Shown here piece after piece: positions 9,581 to 20,377 of a DNA stretch of 64,000 bases (positions are counted from its first letter, which is position 1; every line of letters starts with the position of its first letter). A program made the translations under genes and the position numbers. The notes beneath the pieces were generated by a model. The model was not told where the DNA came from and did not search any database. It saw nothing but the letters and a program-made list of their open reading frames with translations. Source of the DNA: an uncultured cyanobacterium (lineage in GTDB: Bacteria > Cyanobacteriota > Cyanobacteriia > Cyanobacteriales > CAWCAG01); assembly GCA_963793425.1 (NCBI GenBank), contig CAWCAG010000005.1:608001-672000 (forward strand), given 5' to 3'.

Positions 9581-11071
9581 TTACACTTTCATCTTTTCTA
9601 AAATCAACTTAGAACGCTTCACTTGGTTAGGAATAGAGATGGGATAGTCACCATCAAAGCAAGCAGTACAAAAACTTTGAGGATCTTCTCCAGTTGCTTC
9701 TAACATACCTTCCCAACTTAAATAAGCCAAAGAATCTACCCCAATTTGTGCTTCTATTTCTGCTACAGACTTAGTAGCTGCAATAAGTTGGTCTTGACTA
9801 TCGGTATCTATACCATAAAAACAAGGATGGGTAACAGGAGGGGAAGAAATACGCATATGTACTTCCTTAGCCCCAGCTTCTCGCAAAGCTTTAACAATTT
9901 TTTTGCTGGTTGTACCACGAACAATAGAATCATCAACAATAATTACCCGCTTGCCCACTAAAACGTCTTTGAGGGGATTGAGTTTCATGCGGATGCCAGC
10001 TTCTCTCATTTCTTGGGTAGGCTGGATGAATGTACGGCCTACGTAGCGATTTTTGATTAATCCTTCAGCAAAAGAAACACCTGATTCCTGGGAATAACCA
10101 ATGGCCGCAGGAACTCCAGAATCGGGAACGGGAATAACAATATCTGCATCTACAGGAGATTCTTTTGCTAGCTGCCTACCGATACGCATTCGGTAGCTAT
10201 AAAGGGTTTCTTCATTAACAAGGCTATCCGGCCTTGCGAAGTAAATCATTTCAAAGATACAGAGTTTTCTTTGGGGTTTTTGTCCCCAGTGGAAAGAAGC
10301 CATACCTTCTTCAGTAATCCAAACTACTTCCCCAGGTTCTACATCCCGGAGATATTCTGCCCCAATAATATCTAAGCCACAGGTTTCTGAAGCAAGAACG
10401 TAGCGACAAGGATTATTGCCTAATGTACCAATTACTAAAGGACGAATACCATGGGGATCTCTAACCCCCATTAAACCTTCAGGAGTACCAATTGTTAGAC
10501 TGTAGGCTCCTTCACACATTTGAAAAGCACTAATAGCTGATTCTAACCAATCTTTACCACGGTCTACTTCTTCGGCGATCGCGATCGCAATCATTTCTGA
10601 GTCTGTGGTACTAGCGAAGTTACAATTTCTCCTACTCAGTTTTTCTTTTAATTGGGCTGCATTAACTAAGTTGCCATTGTGGGCCAGGGCTAACATCCCT
10701 TTTTTAGTTTCTACAACTACTGGCTGGGCATTTGAGGCTAAACTAGAGCCTGTTGTGGAATAGCGGGTGTGACCCACCGCTAGATTTCCCGGCATAGTAC
10801 TTAAAATAGACTCATTAAACACTTGGGACACCAAACCCATATCTTTATGAATTAGGGTTCTATCTTCAGTAAAAGTTGCTATTCCAGCGGATTCTTGACC
10901 TCGGTGTTGCAGGGCATATAGTCCAAAATAAGTTAGTTTGGCTACGTCCCGTTCGGGGGCATAAATGCCAAAAACACCACAGGCTTCTTCTGGTTTATCT
11001 GGTCTTTTTTCGCTTTGACCAAAATTGTCAGCAGAGTTGGCCTTAAAGGGAAAGGATGAGTTAGGAATCAT
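9581..11071 (-). CDS. purF: Amidophosphoribosyltransferase
   Basis: EEACGVFG, LQHRGQESAG, GHTRYST, VDDSIVRGTT. Confidence 0.97.
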   Translation of the reverse strand: MIPNSSFPFKANSADNFGQSEKRPDKPEEACGVFGIYAPERDVAKLTYFGLYALQHRGQESAGIATFTEDRTLIHKDMGLVSQVFNESILSTMPGNLAVGHTRYSTTGSSLASNAQPVVVETKKGMLALAHNGNLVNAAQLKEKLSRRNCNFASTTDSEMIAIAIAEEVDRGKDWLESAISAFQMCEGAYSLTIGTPEGLMGVRDPHGIRPLVIGTLGNNPCRYVLASETCGLDIIGAEYLRDVEPGEVVWITEEGMASFHWGQKPQRKLCIFEMIYFARPDSLVNEETLYSYRMRIGRQLAKESPVDADIVIPVPDSGVPAAIGYSQESGVSFAEGLIKNRYVGRTFIQPTQEMREAGIRMKLNPLKDVLVGKRVIIVDDSIVRGTTSKKIVKALREAGAKEVHMRISSPPVTHPCFYGIDTDSQDQLIAATKSVAEIEAQIGVDSLAYLSWEGMLEATGEDPQSFCTACFDGDYPISIPNQVKRSKLILEKMKV

Positions 11072-11250
11072 GCTACGGCTTTTGCTCCTGATAGCGGCAA
11101 GTGAATCAATGAGATGAGTATTGAGGTAGATAGACCCTTAAGTTGAGCTTAACGTTTGCTTAACAATTACAACAATAGCAGTAATTCTTAACTTTGGAAA
11201 AGTGAGAATTGCCGCTAATGGCTAATGAGTTTAATTGCATAATTTAAGTT

Positions 11251-13563
11251 TCAAACTTTTAAGCGTTTGGGTATGGCCTCTTGCCAGCGATCGCTTACTT
11301 CGGTCATCTTAACTTTTATTAACAATACCTTGTCAGCAGTATATATGCGTAATTGAGATTTTTTTTCTTTCACTGTGCCAATTTGTAACCAAGCATCTGG
11401 TAGTTCTTTTTGGAGGTATGATTCCCAAGTTTTTTGTTGAGTAGGGGAAATAGAAACCAAAATACGGCTGGTAGCTTCCCCGAAGAGGACTTCATCCCAA
11501 CGTTGAGCTTCTGGAATATTAAGGTAAATCTCTGCCCCTAACTGGTTAACTAAACAAGCTTCAGCTATAGCCACAGCTATGCCACCTTCAGAACAATCAC
11601 AGGCAGAGTTGACTAAGCCACGACGAACACCTTCCCGGCAAACTTTTTGTACCTGAATTTCCAAAGAAAAATTAACCTGGGGTGGTTTTCCCGCCACAAT
11701 ATCGTGAATAGCAGCTAAATATTCCGATCCCCCCAAGGTAGGTAAGTTGTCACCATTTCCTAACAAATAAATTAAATCTCCCTCTTCCCTCCAACCCCGG
11801 CCGCAAACTTTGTTAAGGTCAGCAATTAAACCTACCATGCCAATCACGGGAGTAGGATAAATGGGTTGAGGCTTACCGTTGCTATCGAGGGTTTCGTTAT
11901 ACAAAGAAACATTTCCCCCAGTCACAGGGGTATTAAAAACTTCACAGGCTTCAGCAATACCCCGACAAGCCCAAGCTAACTGCCAGTAACCCACGGGCTT
12001 TTCCGGGCTACCAAAATTGAGGTTATCAGTAACCGCTAAAGGTTCAGCCCCCACACAGCTTAAATTTCGGGCTGCTTCAGCTACCGCCGCTTTAGCACCT
12101 TCATAGGGATCAAGGTAACAGTAGCGGGAGTTGCAATCTGTAGTTGCTGCCACTCCTGTAATACAGCTTGCAGGATCTGCCTCTAAGGGACGAACTCTCA
12201 CTACCGCAGCTTCAGCACCCCCTGGCAAGATTACGGTATTATTTTGAACTTGATGGTCATATTGGCGATGAACCCAGGTTTTGTCAGCTAAGGTAGGGTT
12301 ATCTAAGAGTTCAAGGAGAATTTCTGACCAGGTTTTGTTATCCCCATCTAAGGAAATACCTGTGGTCGTGCAAGGGGGCAAGGAAGCGGAATTCCATTGC
12401 CAGGCTTCTTGGGCATAAGCGGGAGGTTCTGCTAAGAGTTCTCGGTTATAAATAGGAGTATTATCAGCCAAAGCTGTAGCCGGGACTTCTGCGGCGACTT
12501 TCCCTTGAAACCAAATCCTCACAATGGGTTCTTTAATAACTTTCCCTGCCACCACTGCATTGAGTCCCCAACGGTGGAAAATAGCGATTAATTCCTCTTC
12601 TCGCCCTTTTTCGGCTACAAACAGCATTCTTTCTTGGGATTCAGAAAGCAGGTATTCATAGGGAATCATCCCTGTTTCTCGCACCGGAATTTTATCTAAA
12701 TCTAATTCTACTCCCACACCTCCAGTAGCAGCCATTTCCGAGGTTGAACAGGTAAGTCCCGCCGCCCCCATATCCTGTGCCGCAACCACTGCCCCAGTTT
12801 TGAAGGCTTCTAAACAAGCTTCTATTAAGGATTTTTCTAAGAAAGGATCACCCACTTGTACTGCCGGGCGATCATCCATAGATGCTTCGGAAAGTTCTGC
12901 ACTAGCGAAGCTAGCCCCTCCCATACCATCTCTCCCGGTGGTGGAACCTACATATAAAACTGGATTACCAATGCCTGTTGCCCCGGAGGTGACTATCTCC
13001 TCTGTTTCCATTAAACCCAAAGCCATAACATTAACCAAAGGATTACCTGTATAAGCCGCATCGAAGTAAATTTCTCCCCCTACGGTGGGAACCCCTACAC
13101 AGTTACCGTAATTAGCAATTCCTTCTACTACCCCAGTAAAAATCCTTCTGGTACGAGGATTATTTAATTCCCCAAAACGTAAGGAGTTTAAGATAGCAAT
13201 GGGACGGGCCCCCATCGTGAAAATGTCTCGGAGAATGCCCCCCACCCCTGTAGCGGCCCCCTGGAAAGGTTCAATGGCTGAAGGGTGGTTGTGAGATTCT
13301 ATTTTAAAAGCAAGGCGTAAACCATTGCCTAAATCCACAACTCCAGCATTTTCTCCTGGCCCCACCAGGACTTGCTTACCGGTGGTAGGAAATTGTTTCA
13401 GCAGGGGACGGGAGTTTTTATAACAACAATGTTCTGACCACATTACCCCAAACATACCTAATTCAGCTTGATTGGGATGGCGACCTAATCTCTTGACAAT
13501 TTCTTGATATTCTTCTGGTTTAAGACCTTCAGCAGCAATTTCTTGGGGGGAAAAGGGAGCCAT
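11251..13563 (-). CDS. purL: Phosphoribosylformylglycinamidine synthase subunit PurL
   Basis: [34 protein letters not shown]. Confidence 0.97.
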   Translation of the reverse strand: MAPFSPQEIAAEGLKPEEYQEIVKRLGRHPNQAELGMFGVMWSEHCCYKNSRPLLKQFPTTGKQVLVGPGENAGVVDLGNGLRLAFKIESHNHPSAIEPFQGAATGVGGILRDIFTMGARPIAILNSLRFGELNNPRTRRIFTGVVEGIANYGNCVGVPTVGGEIYFDAAYTGNPLVNVMALGLMETEEIVTSGATGIGNPVLYVGSTTGRDGMGGASFASAELSEASMDDRPAVQVGDPFLEKSLIEACLEAFKTGAVVAAQDMGAAGLTCSTSEMAATGGVGVELDLDKIPVRETGMIPYEYLLSESQERMLFVAEKGREEELIAIFHRWGLNAVVAGKVIKEPIVRIWFQGKVAAEVPATALADNTPIYNRELLAEPPAYAQEAWQWNSASLPPCTTTGISLDGDNKTWSEILLELLDNPTLADKTWVHRQYDHQVQNNTVILPGGAEAAVVRVRPLEADPASCITGVAATTDCNSRYCYLDPYEGAKAAVAEAARNLSCVGAEPLAVTDNLNFGSPEKPVGYWQLAWACRGIAEACEVFNTPVTGGNVSLYNETLDSNGKPQPIYPTPVIGMVGLIADLNKVCGRGWREEGDLIYLLGNGDNLPTLGGSEYLAAIHDIVAGKPPQVNFSLEIQVQKVCREGVRRGLVNSACDCSEGGIAVAIAEACLVNQLGAEIYLNIPEAQRWDEVLFGEATSRILVSISPTQQKTWESYLQKELPDAWLQIGTVKEKKSQLRIYTADKVLLIKVKMTEVSDRWQEAIPKRLKV

Positions 13564-13664
13564 GGTTAATCATTTATCATTTAACATTAAACATTAAACG
13601 TTTATCTGCGATCGCAAAGCAACAGGAAGTAATAACCACGGTATTTTCACTTATTACTTATTAC

Positions 13665-14855
13665 CTATGGTTCATCAATTTTGAGTGCTTCTTGGGCAGT
13701 TATGCCTTCCCCTTGAAAACCGAAATACCAAAGGGTAGCTGCCGCTTCAGCGCGGGTAACAGGTTTTTTGGGTTGGAAAATGGTTGTATAACCAAAAGTA
13801 CGGCGTATATTGGCTTGTTCTCCGTTTTGGAAATCTAAATAAAGGGCAGGTAATACTTGAGGATTAACTTTACTGGCATCTTGAAAGCCCCAGGTTTGTT
13901 GAATTGAATCTAAGGTGGTTTTTGGCAAGGCTTGGCGAGTATCTAAAGGGACTTTCCACCAGATTAAGTCTTCTCTGGTTAAAGGTGCATCAGGACGAAA
14001 TAGCCCTGCATCGATGTTACCAGTTAAAGAAGAGGGAATTAACCCCGCTTCTGCTAAACCTTGAATGACAGCAAAATCGGGGTCTGATTTTTTGACATCC
14101 TGGAAAGCCGGTTGTTGGGCATCCTCTATGAGGCGAATTTGTTTGCTGGGGATATTTTCATGAAGCAAGTTATTAGCAGTAACTAACCAATTAGCATAGT
14201 CTCTGCGGGTGATAGTTTGGTTAGGTTGAAACTTTTCATCTTGATTTTTATTACTTGATGAAGCGAAAACTCCCAATTGCCCTAAGTCTTGAATATATTC
14301 AGTTAGTTGAGGATTAACTTTCTCAAGATCAGAAAATTCTTGAGGTGCATTTTTTTCTACTGGCTTATTCTTTACAGTTATTGCTTCCCGTTGATATTCC
14401 ACCAGGAATGCTGTACCCTTTTCCTCCTCTTCTGGGGTTGTGGGATTAACCACAGAAACTTTAACTTCTAAGCCATTTTTACTAGCAACTATAGGGCTAT
14501 CCTCCTCTCCCGAAGAAGCAATTTCCCAATCATTATTTTGAAATTCTTCTTGATAAAAACTAGCAATCGAATTACTGGGATCTTCAGATTGCCACCGAGT
14601 AAGAGTTCCTTTACCAGCAGGTTTCGTCTCCAAAAGTTCGGCTTTGGGATATGAGGGAATCTCTTCGGGAAACTCTTCAGTTGTTGGAGTTGGTGTAGGA
14701 GTGGGCTTTTCCGCAACAGGTTCAGTGGTTTCTGAAGTCTCTTTGAGTTCAGGATCAGGTGCTAACTTATTTTGCAAGTCCTGAGTACAAGCATTTAAGC
14801 CCAGCAAACTGAAGAGGAGAAAACTAGTAGCGAAGCATCGATTAAACAATACCAT
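13665..14855 (-). CDS. Lipoprotein with S-layer homology (SLH) domains
   Basis: Lipobox-like LNAC; FQPNQTITRRD, FRPDAPLTRED, FQPKKPVTRAEAA. Confidence 0.85.
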   Translation of the reverse strand: MVLFNRCFATSFLLFSLLGLNACTQDLQNKLAPDPELKETSETTEPVAEKPTPTPTPTTEEFPEEIPSYPKAELLETKPAGKGTLTRWQSEDPSNSIASFYQEEFQNNDWEIASSGEEDSPIVASKNGLEVKVSVVNPTTPEEEEKGTAFLVEYQREAITVKNKPVEKNAPQEFSDLEKVNPQLTEYIQDLGQLGVFASSSNKNQDEKFQPNQTITRRDYANWLVTANNLLHENIPSKQIRLIEDAQQPAFQDVKKSDPDFAVIQGLAEAGLIPSSLTGNIDAGLFRPDAPLTREDLIWWKVPLDTRQALPKTTLDSIQQTWGFQDASKVNPQVLPALYLDFQNGEQANIRRTFGYTTIFQPKKPVTRAEAAATLWYFGFQGEGITAQEALKIDEP

Positions 14856-14921
14856 TAAGCAAAAGGGAAAAAATATTCTTACTTAAGTTTAAGCTAACGC
14901 AAAATTGTCATTAGCAAAATT

Positions 14922-15641
14922 CTAGCCTTTCACCAAAGCTTTAAGAGCAAACTGAGGTAATACCAACATCCTACGCCAACGCCATGGTTCTTTGTATAAA
15001 CGATATAACCATTCCAAATTATTATTTCGTAACCATCCAGGCGCTCTTGATTTTACCCCTGCCCAAATATCAAAGCTACCTCCTACACCAATCCAAGTAG
15101 CTTGAGGACAAAGATGACGATTTTCCTTAATCCAAACTTCTTGGCGGGGTACTCCCAAACCAACTAAAATAATTTTTGGTTGCAATTGTTGCAGAGTTTG
15201 TTGCCATTGCTGTTGTTCCTCCGGGCAGAGGAAACCGTGGTTTGTGGTGATAGAAATACCCCTGACTTTTTGCCGCCAGATTTGAGCCGCTTTTTCCGTA
15301 ATTCCTGACGCACCACCATAGAAAACAATAGGGCAAGCTTCCCCTTTCTGCCCCATTTTTGTGATTAATGATTGAGCCAATTCGATACCAGGACAGCGTT
15401 TTTGTTGAGGACTTTTTCCTCGCAAGCGTAAATAAAGTACTACCCCTGCCCCATCAGGAATAACTAAATCTGCGGTGTGGATAATCTCTCCTAAAGATTG
15501 ATCCTTTTCCGCTTCCATGACCATTTCTGCATTGAGGGTAACGACATGATTGCCTCGATTTTCTTCGATACGCGATGCCAACCAACCTACATAATCGTTG
15601 CTGACATGAATTGGTATTCCTAATACTGAAGATTTTTGCAT
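14922..15641 (-). CDS. WecB/TagA/CpsF family glycosyltransferase
   Basis: HVVTLNAE, PDGAGV, VGLGVPRQE, GVGGSFD, LEWLYRL; ATG 15641 taken as start. Confidence 0.92.
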   Translation of the reverse strand: MQKSSVLGIPIHVSNDYVGWLASRIEENRGNHVVTLNAEMVMEAEKDQSLGEIIHTADLVIPDGAGVVLYLRLRGKSPQQKRCPGIELAQSLITKMGQKGEACPIVFYGGASGITEKAAQIWRQKVRGISITTNHGFLCPEEQQQWQQTLQQLQPKIILVGLGVPRQEVWIKENRHLCPQATWIGVGGSFDIWAGVKSRAPGWLRNNNLEWLYRLYKEPWRWRRMLVLPQFALKALVKG

Positions 15642-15731
15642 GGGTTTATAGGAAGGGAATGAGGAAAGGGAAATAGGGAGAAAACTATTACCAATTAGCA
15701 ACTAGCAACTATAGCAATTAGCAACTCACAA

Positions 15732-17744
15732 TTAAAGTCGAGGTAAAACTTCTGGTAATAGATAACCTGGTAACAAACCAAGGGCCATATTTTGACCAGA
15801 GATACCACATTCTCGATAACAAGCTCTGACTGTATTGATAATATAGTCAAAAGTATTTTTATAAACTTCTTCATCAGGGTCAATTTGGGCTAAAACCTGT
15901 AAATGTGCGGCCAGAGAAGCTTTGAGATAATCAGATTTAACCCCAGCTTCTAAATCAAACTGCTGTTCTGTTGCTAATCGATAATTAAGTAAACCTAAGT
16001 TATTATAAGTACTTAAGATATCAAAACTTACAGGGGTAGGAGTATCGTTTTGGCTTAACTGTTCGCTAATTTCAGCAGCCTTAGTAAAAGCAACTATTCC
16101 TTCTTTTAAGAATGCTTGTTTTTGTCTTAAATTCTGGGGAAACTTGAGGCTAAGATGCCAATAAGCAGTACCTAAATTGTTTTGAGTTGCTGCACAGGCA
16201 GCCGGATGAGTTTCTGGGGTACGATACTGGAGAGCATATTCATAGGCTTTAATAGCTAATTGTAACCATTTAGCATCCTCTTCATGTTGAGATAAATTCC
16301 AGTAAGCCGTACCCAAATTGTTTTGCATCATTGCCCAATGTAGAGGGGCCGTTTCCGGATTATATTGAGCCAAAGCTTGATCATAGGCAGCGATCGCAAG
16401 CTGTAAATTATTTTGAGGTGCTTGGTGTTGGGCAAGATGCCAATAAGCAGTACCTAAGTTATTTTGGCTAGAAGCGTATTGTTCAGCATCAAGTTCTGGA
16501 GTTCGATATCTCAAAGCGGCTTGGTAAGCTTGGATAGATTTAGTCAGGTTTTCTGCTATATCTCCATAACGGGCTAAATCATTATAAGCTGTCCCCAAAT
16601 TATTTTGGATCATGGAGTAAACTTGAGTATGATCAGCAATAATTTTTGCCTTGCTTGAAGCGAGATGATAGGACTTAATCGCCTCTTGTAAATAAGCCAA
16701 AAGTTGCTCAGTTGCTCCTGCTTGCCGAGAAAGCATCCAATAAAAATTACCTAGATCATTAAGAACCTCTGGAGCATTAGGATCGCTACTGTGACTATGT
16801 TGATACCATTTATAGTAAGCTTGTATGGCAATAGTGAGGTTTTCTTGAGAAGCATCTCCATTCGCAATGCGATCGCGGTAGCGATGACCGATACGTAAAT
16901 AAACTTGAGCCGCTAATTCAGGAGAGTCCGTATTGCGATTCAACTTTTCTAGATCCTGCCAACTATAAAGTTGTAATTTCTGAGTTGGAGGTTTTCCTGC
17001 TTCTTTCTCAGCCATATCATGGTCAAAAACCAACCTTGGCTCATCTTTTTGGTTCACCTCGCCATTAAGCAACTCTTCTGAATGATCTAAAGCTTCATTT
17101 AAGGAAAAATCCCCTTGCCCGTTAGGATTAGAGTCTGCCAACAAAAAAGGAGAATCTTCTTGGGGAACGGGGGTAGGCTCTCCTTGAAACAAAAATACCC
17201 CCGTACACCAGCGCCAAAATTCCGGTGCAGATTGTTTAACAACATTAAGCCAGGGATAGGGCAACCATAATAATAGATTTGATTTCAGTCTTGGTAAATA
17301 AGGTTCCAAGCTTTGGAGGTGACGCAAAAAGCTACGTTGAACTCCTGTCGGTTGTCGAGTGAGGCGTTCAATACCAATAATCTGAAAACTAGGTAAAGAA
17401 TTGATGGGAGTTGGGGCAGGATTTTGTCTTACCCACTGGGCAATCTGGGACAAGAGATTAGGATTATTGACATCAAAGTCAAGACTAACTAAGCGAGGAT
17501 AACTAGCCCCTGCATTCTCTTTCGTCGGATCTTCTTTTAAATCACGATTCAGTTGCCCAACTAGGCGATCGCGCAGACTTAAATCATCGCATACTGCCAC
17601 AAAAACTTGGCGATGCAAATTAAGATTAAGTGCCAGTTTCAGGCGCTGATAGACTTGCTGGTTATGACTCAACACTTGGGGAATAGCAGTATCAATCGCA
17701 GGGTTCATTGCTTCAGTATTCATACATATTCCCTTCTTCTTCAC
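15732..17744 (-). CDS. Tetratricopeptide repeat protein with N-terminal degenerate NTPase-like domain
   Basis: Repeated QNNLGTAYW TPR units; N-terminal QSAPEFWRW motif. Confidence 0.8.
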   Translation of the reverse strand: MKKKGICMNTEAMNPAIDTAIPQVLSHNQQVYQRLKLALNLNLHRQVFVAVCDDLSLRDRLVGQLNRDLKEDPTKENAGASYPRLVSLDFDVNNPNLLSQIAQWVRQNPAPTPINSLPSFQIIGIERLTRQPTGVQRSFLRHLQSLEPYLPRLKSNLLLWLPYPWLNVVKQSAPEFWRWCTGVFLFQGEPTPVPQEDSPFLLADSNPNGQGDFSLNEALDHSEELLNGEVNQKDEPRLVFDHDMAEKEAGKPPTQKLQLYSWQDLEKLNRNTDSPELAAQVYLRIGHRYRDRIANGDASQENLTIAIQAYYKWYQHSHSSDPNAPEVLNDLGNFYWMLSRQAGATEQLLAYLQEAIKSYHLASSKAKIIADHTQVYSMIQNNLGTAYNDLARYGDIAENLTKSIQAYQAALRYRTPELDAEQYASSQNNLGTAYWHLAQHQAPQNNLQLAIAAYDQALAQYNPETAPLHWAMMQNNLGTAYWNLSQHEEDAKWLQLAIKAYEYALQYRTPETHPAACAATQNNLGTAYWHLSLKFPQNLRQKQAFLKEGIVAFTKAAEISEQLSQNDTPTPVSFDILSTYNNLGLLNYRLATEQQFDLEAGVKSDYLKASLAAHLQVLAQIDPDEEVYKNTFDYIINTVRACYRECGISGQNMALGLLPGYLLPEVLPRL

Positions 17745-17818
17745 CTAGGGACTTACTTCAGGATCATTATTTGTTGCTTAGGTTCAACCGTAGTGCTTCC
17801 CCACTTCACTAAATATCC

Positions 17819-18586
17819 TTACAAACTCTCCGGATCAATACCCAACTCTTGTAACTTGGCAGCTAATTTTTCGGCTTTTTCCTGAGCTTCAGCTACCTGT
17901 TGAGTTGCGGTATTAGCAATTTCTGTTGGCTCTTGAATTAATGCCCCTTCTAAAGTGAACCAACGCAACCAGAGACGATTTAGGCCCTTGTAAGCACCTT
18001 GCCATAAACCTAAACATAATTCTAATTCTGGTATTGCCCAGCGTCCTTGTCTACCTTCCCACCGTTCATAACGAGCGCCTACCAAGCGAAAAGCTTGCAC
18101 CTCATTAGTATAGCGACTGAAGACAAAATAGTAAGGAATGCCTAAAACCTGTTCGTACACCTGCCACTTCGTAGGAGGTTGATCAGATTGGTTAGTCGTT
18201 TGTCCTAAATCCTCTTTTTCTGTGCCAGGAGATAGCAATTCAACAGCAATAGTTGGTCTGATTACTTCTTGCCAAATTACATAACTCAAGCGCAAATCTT
18301 GATTCTCATACAAAGAAGTGACTCCTACCACCCCGAACCAATCTGGTCTTTTGTACCACAGAAGATGATTAACATCGTAGTAGAGATTAAGATCAGAACC
18401 AGTAAATACTCTCTCTGGGGGGTGGTTCCCTGGCTTAAAAGTAGACTCTAATAATTGCGGTTGCCAAAGATGGAATTGATCAGGCAAACCAGGTTCCTCC
18501 GGATTTTCACTCGGTAGATCATACATCGTCGGCAGGGTTTTGCGAGGAGACAGAGGAGGATCAGATTGAGTTGCGTTGTGGGGCAT
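17819..18586 (-). CDS. Uma2 family (DUF820) endonuclease-like protein
   Basis: LPTMYDLPSENPEEPGLPDQFH, KRPDWF, VELLSPGTEKED. Confidence 0.88.
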   Translation of the reverse strand: MPHNATQSDPPLSPRKTLPTMYDLPSENPEEPGLPDQFHLWQPQLLESTFKPGNHPPERVFTGSDLNLYYDVNHLLWYKRPDWFGVVGVTSLYENQDLRLSYVIWQEVIRPTIAVELLSPGTEKEDLGQTTNQSDQPPTKWQVYEQVLGIPYYFVFSRYTNEVQAFRLVGARYERWEGRQGRWAIPELELCLGLWQGAYKGLNRLWLRWFTLEGALIQEPTEIANTATQQVAEAQEKAEKLAAKLQELGIDPESL

Positions 18587-18641
18587 TTGAGTTACTTTGA
18601 AGAAGAGACATAAAGACGACCCATTTTCAGGATATCAACAG

Positions 18642-18670
18642 TTGACTAATTAATCAAACCAGAATAAAAT
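18642..18670 (+). promoter_or_regulatory. Near-consensus sigma70 promoter driving the structured RNA
   Basis: TTGACT (18642-18647)-N17-TAAAAT (18665-18670); predicted TSS ~18677-18678. Confidence 0.7.
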
Positions 18671-18677
18671 AGTTGCT

Positions 18678-18921
18678 ACGTACTTGTTAATTTGGTCGAA
18701 CAGCCTTGCAATCTGGACAGTGGATCGCTGTCCTTGCGCTTAGTTGATACACACATCACTAGCTTGCTCTTGACTGTGCGGTCATTCGGGTACTGTCGCT
18801 ATTACGGTTTGGTTTCTCAAGAAACTAATGAGCGACAGTACCCGCGACCGCTTGAGTTGAGCAATCTAGTCCTAGGGAGCTTACGAAGGGGAAACCAAAT
18901 TAACAAGTGCGCTTATTTTTT
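18678..18921 (+). ncRNA. Unassigned ~235-nt highly structured RNA (retron msr-msd-like architecture)
   Basis: Perfect 15-bp terminal IR (18682-18696 / 18894-18908); hairpin GGACAG/CTGTCC; long hairpin 18758-18870 with perfect 14-bp core; upstream promoter and downstream T-run. Confidence 0.7.
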
Positions 18922-18924
18922 CAC

Positions 18925-19533
18925 TCAATCAATAGTTTTAAAAGAGTCAAAGAAGCCTTCAATACTTTTAGGTAAATGTTGCGCTTTTCTGGTGAAAACT
19001 GCCTGTTGATAAATACGCCTATCTATGAGATAAAATCTGTAGATAGCAGTGTAATCATCTTCCAGTTTTAGAATATATTGAGCCGCCACAAAATCATCGG
19101 ATTCAATACTTTCTTTACTAGGAGCAGTTGGTGTTTCTGCACCTGCTACTGTGGGTCTAATTTCCTCAAATATCTCGTCAAATATCTCACTGGCCCCAGC
19201 TTCTTCTAAAGCATAAGGGAAGTAAGAATAGGCCATATAGTATCTTGTTTCTTCTTGGGAGCGATTAACCAAATAACCCAAAAAGTTAGCTTCTCCAACT
19301 GAAGTTGGTACACTTTGCCAACGACGAACAGGTTCCCCTGGCATCAAAACGACAAATCCCCCAGGGATGGATGTAACAGATCGCCAAATAGAAGATTGAG
19401 CAATTTGTAAGTTGTTTCCTGGGCTATTAATGTCTTGATTTTTTAAGGGAGTATAGCCGCTTAATAGTAGAGCTGGTACTAGCAAGGAAGCGCATATGGA
19501 AAGTTTTTTACCTTTGATAAGATTCGCTATCAT
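18925..19533 (-). CDS. Exported protein; paralog of 5792-6361
   Basis: QIAQSSIWRSVTSIPGGFVVLMPG, LPKSIEGFFDSFK. Confidence 0.65.
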   Translation of the reverse strand: MIANLIKGKKLSICASLLVPALLLSGYTPLKNQDINSPGNNLQIAQSSIWRSVTSIPGGFVVLMPGEPVRRWQSVPTSVGEANFLGYLVNRSQEETRYYMAYSYFPYALEEAGASEIFDEIFEEIRPTVAGAETPTAPSKESIESDDFVAAQYILKLEDDYTAIYRFYLIDRRIYQQAVFTRKAQHLPKSIEGFFDSFKTID

Positions 19534-19681
19534 CTTTGATAATAATTATCCTTTTATGAAACTACCTTTAGGTTAAAGAAAATATGACTATTTTTCTTAC
19601 TCAAAAAGATATAGCAATTCTATCTGCTAACTTTGTGCTACAACAGTAGGGAAAGCTTAGGTATTATTGCTCAACTGGCCT

Positions 19682-20377
19682 ATGTCTCCTGTTAACTTAG
19701 ACAGTAACTCCTGCGTTCTCTTAATTGAAACTGACGAGACTTTAACTCAAAAAGCAAATCTAGATTTGAGAGAGGCTGGTTACAAAACTTCTATAGCTCT
19801 AGATGCTGATAGTGGTATGTTGCGATTTGAACAATTACAACCCTCTGTGATAGTTGTAGATAGAGCTTTAGGGGAAGAGTCGGGGCTATTTTTTTGTCGT
19901 CAGTTAAGGCTCACAGGAAGCAGAGTACCTATACTAATATTAATGTCACGGGATAGCGTTGAAGATAGAGTAGCTTGCTTAGAAGCAGGAGCCGATGATT
20001 ATTTACTTAAGCCCTATCGTACAGATGCCTTTTTGCAGTTAATCAGTTTTTATCTACAACCTAATCAAGAAGAAACAAAACAACTGCGCTTCGGAGAGTT
20101 GGTATTGGATCTCAGTACACGAAGGGTACTTCGTCAGGGTAGGAATATTGAACTAACAGTGAAAGAATTTGAACTACTGAAATATTTAATGTCTCATCCC
20201 CGTGAGGTGTTAACCAGAGAACAGATTTTGGAAAATGTTTGGGGCTATGACTTTGTTGGGGAGTCTAATGTCATTGAAGTTTACATTCGTTATCTACGCC
20301 TGAAAATTGAAGATGAAGGTGAAAAGCGCTTAATACAGACAGTTAGGGGAGTAGGATATGTGCTTCGGGAAACTTAA
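19682..20377 (+). CDS. nblR: OmpR-family response regulator NblR
   Basis: Atypical receiver (LLIETDE...DLREAGY, DRVACLEAGADDY) plus winged helix (ESNVIEVYIRYLRLK). Confidence 0.8.
   Translation: MSPVNLDSNSCVLLIETDETLTQKANLDLREAGYKTSIALDADSGMLRFEQLQPSVIVVDRALGEESGLFFCRQLRLTGSRVPILILMSRDSVEDRVACLEAGADDYLLKPYRTDAFLQLISFYLQPNQEETKQLRFGELVLDLSTRRVLRQGRNIELTVKEFELLKYLMSHPREVLTREQILENVWGYDFVGESNVIEVYIRYLRLKIEDEGEKRLIQTVRGVGYVLRET

Noticed and set aside
18682..18908. MITE interpretation of the terminal inverted repeat
   Set aside because: No target-site duplication; promoter and T-run are positioned as for a transcript. Disfavoured, but not excluded without a copy-number search
18692..19009. 105-aa ORF across the structured RNA
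   Set aside because: TTG start without RBS, overlaps the convergent gene, no recognisable motifs; base-pairing explains the region better
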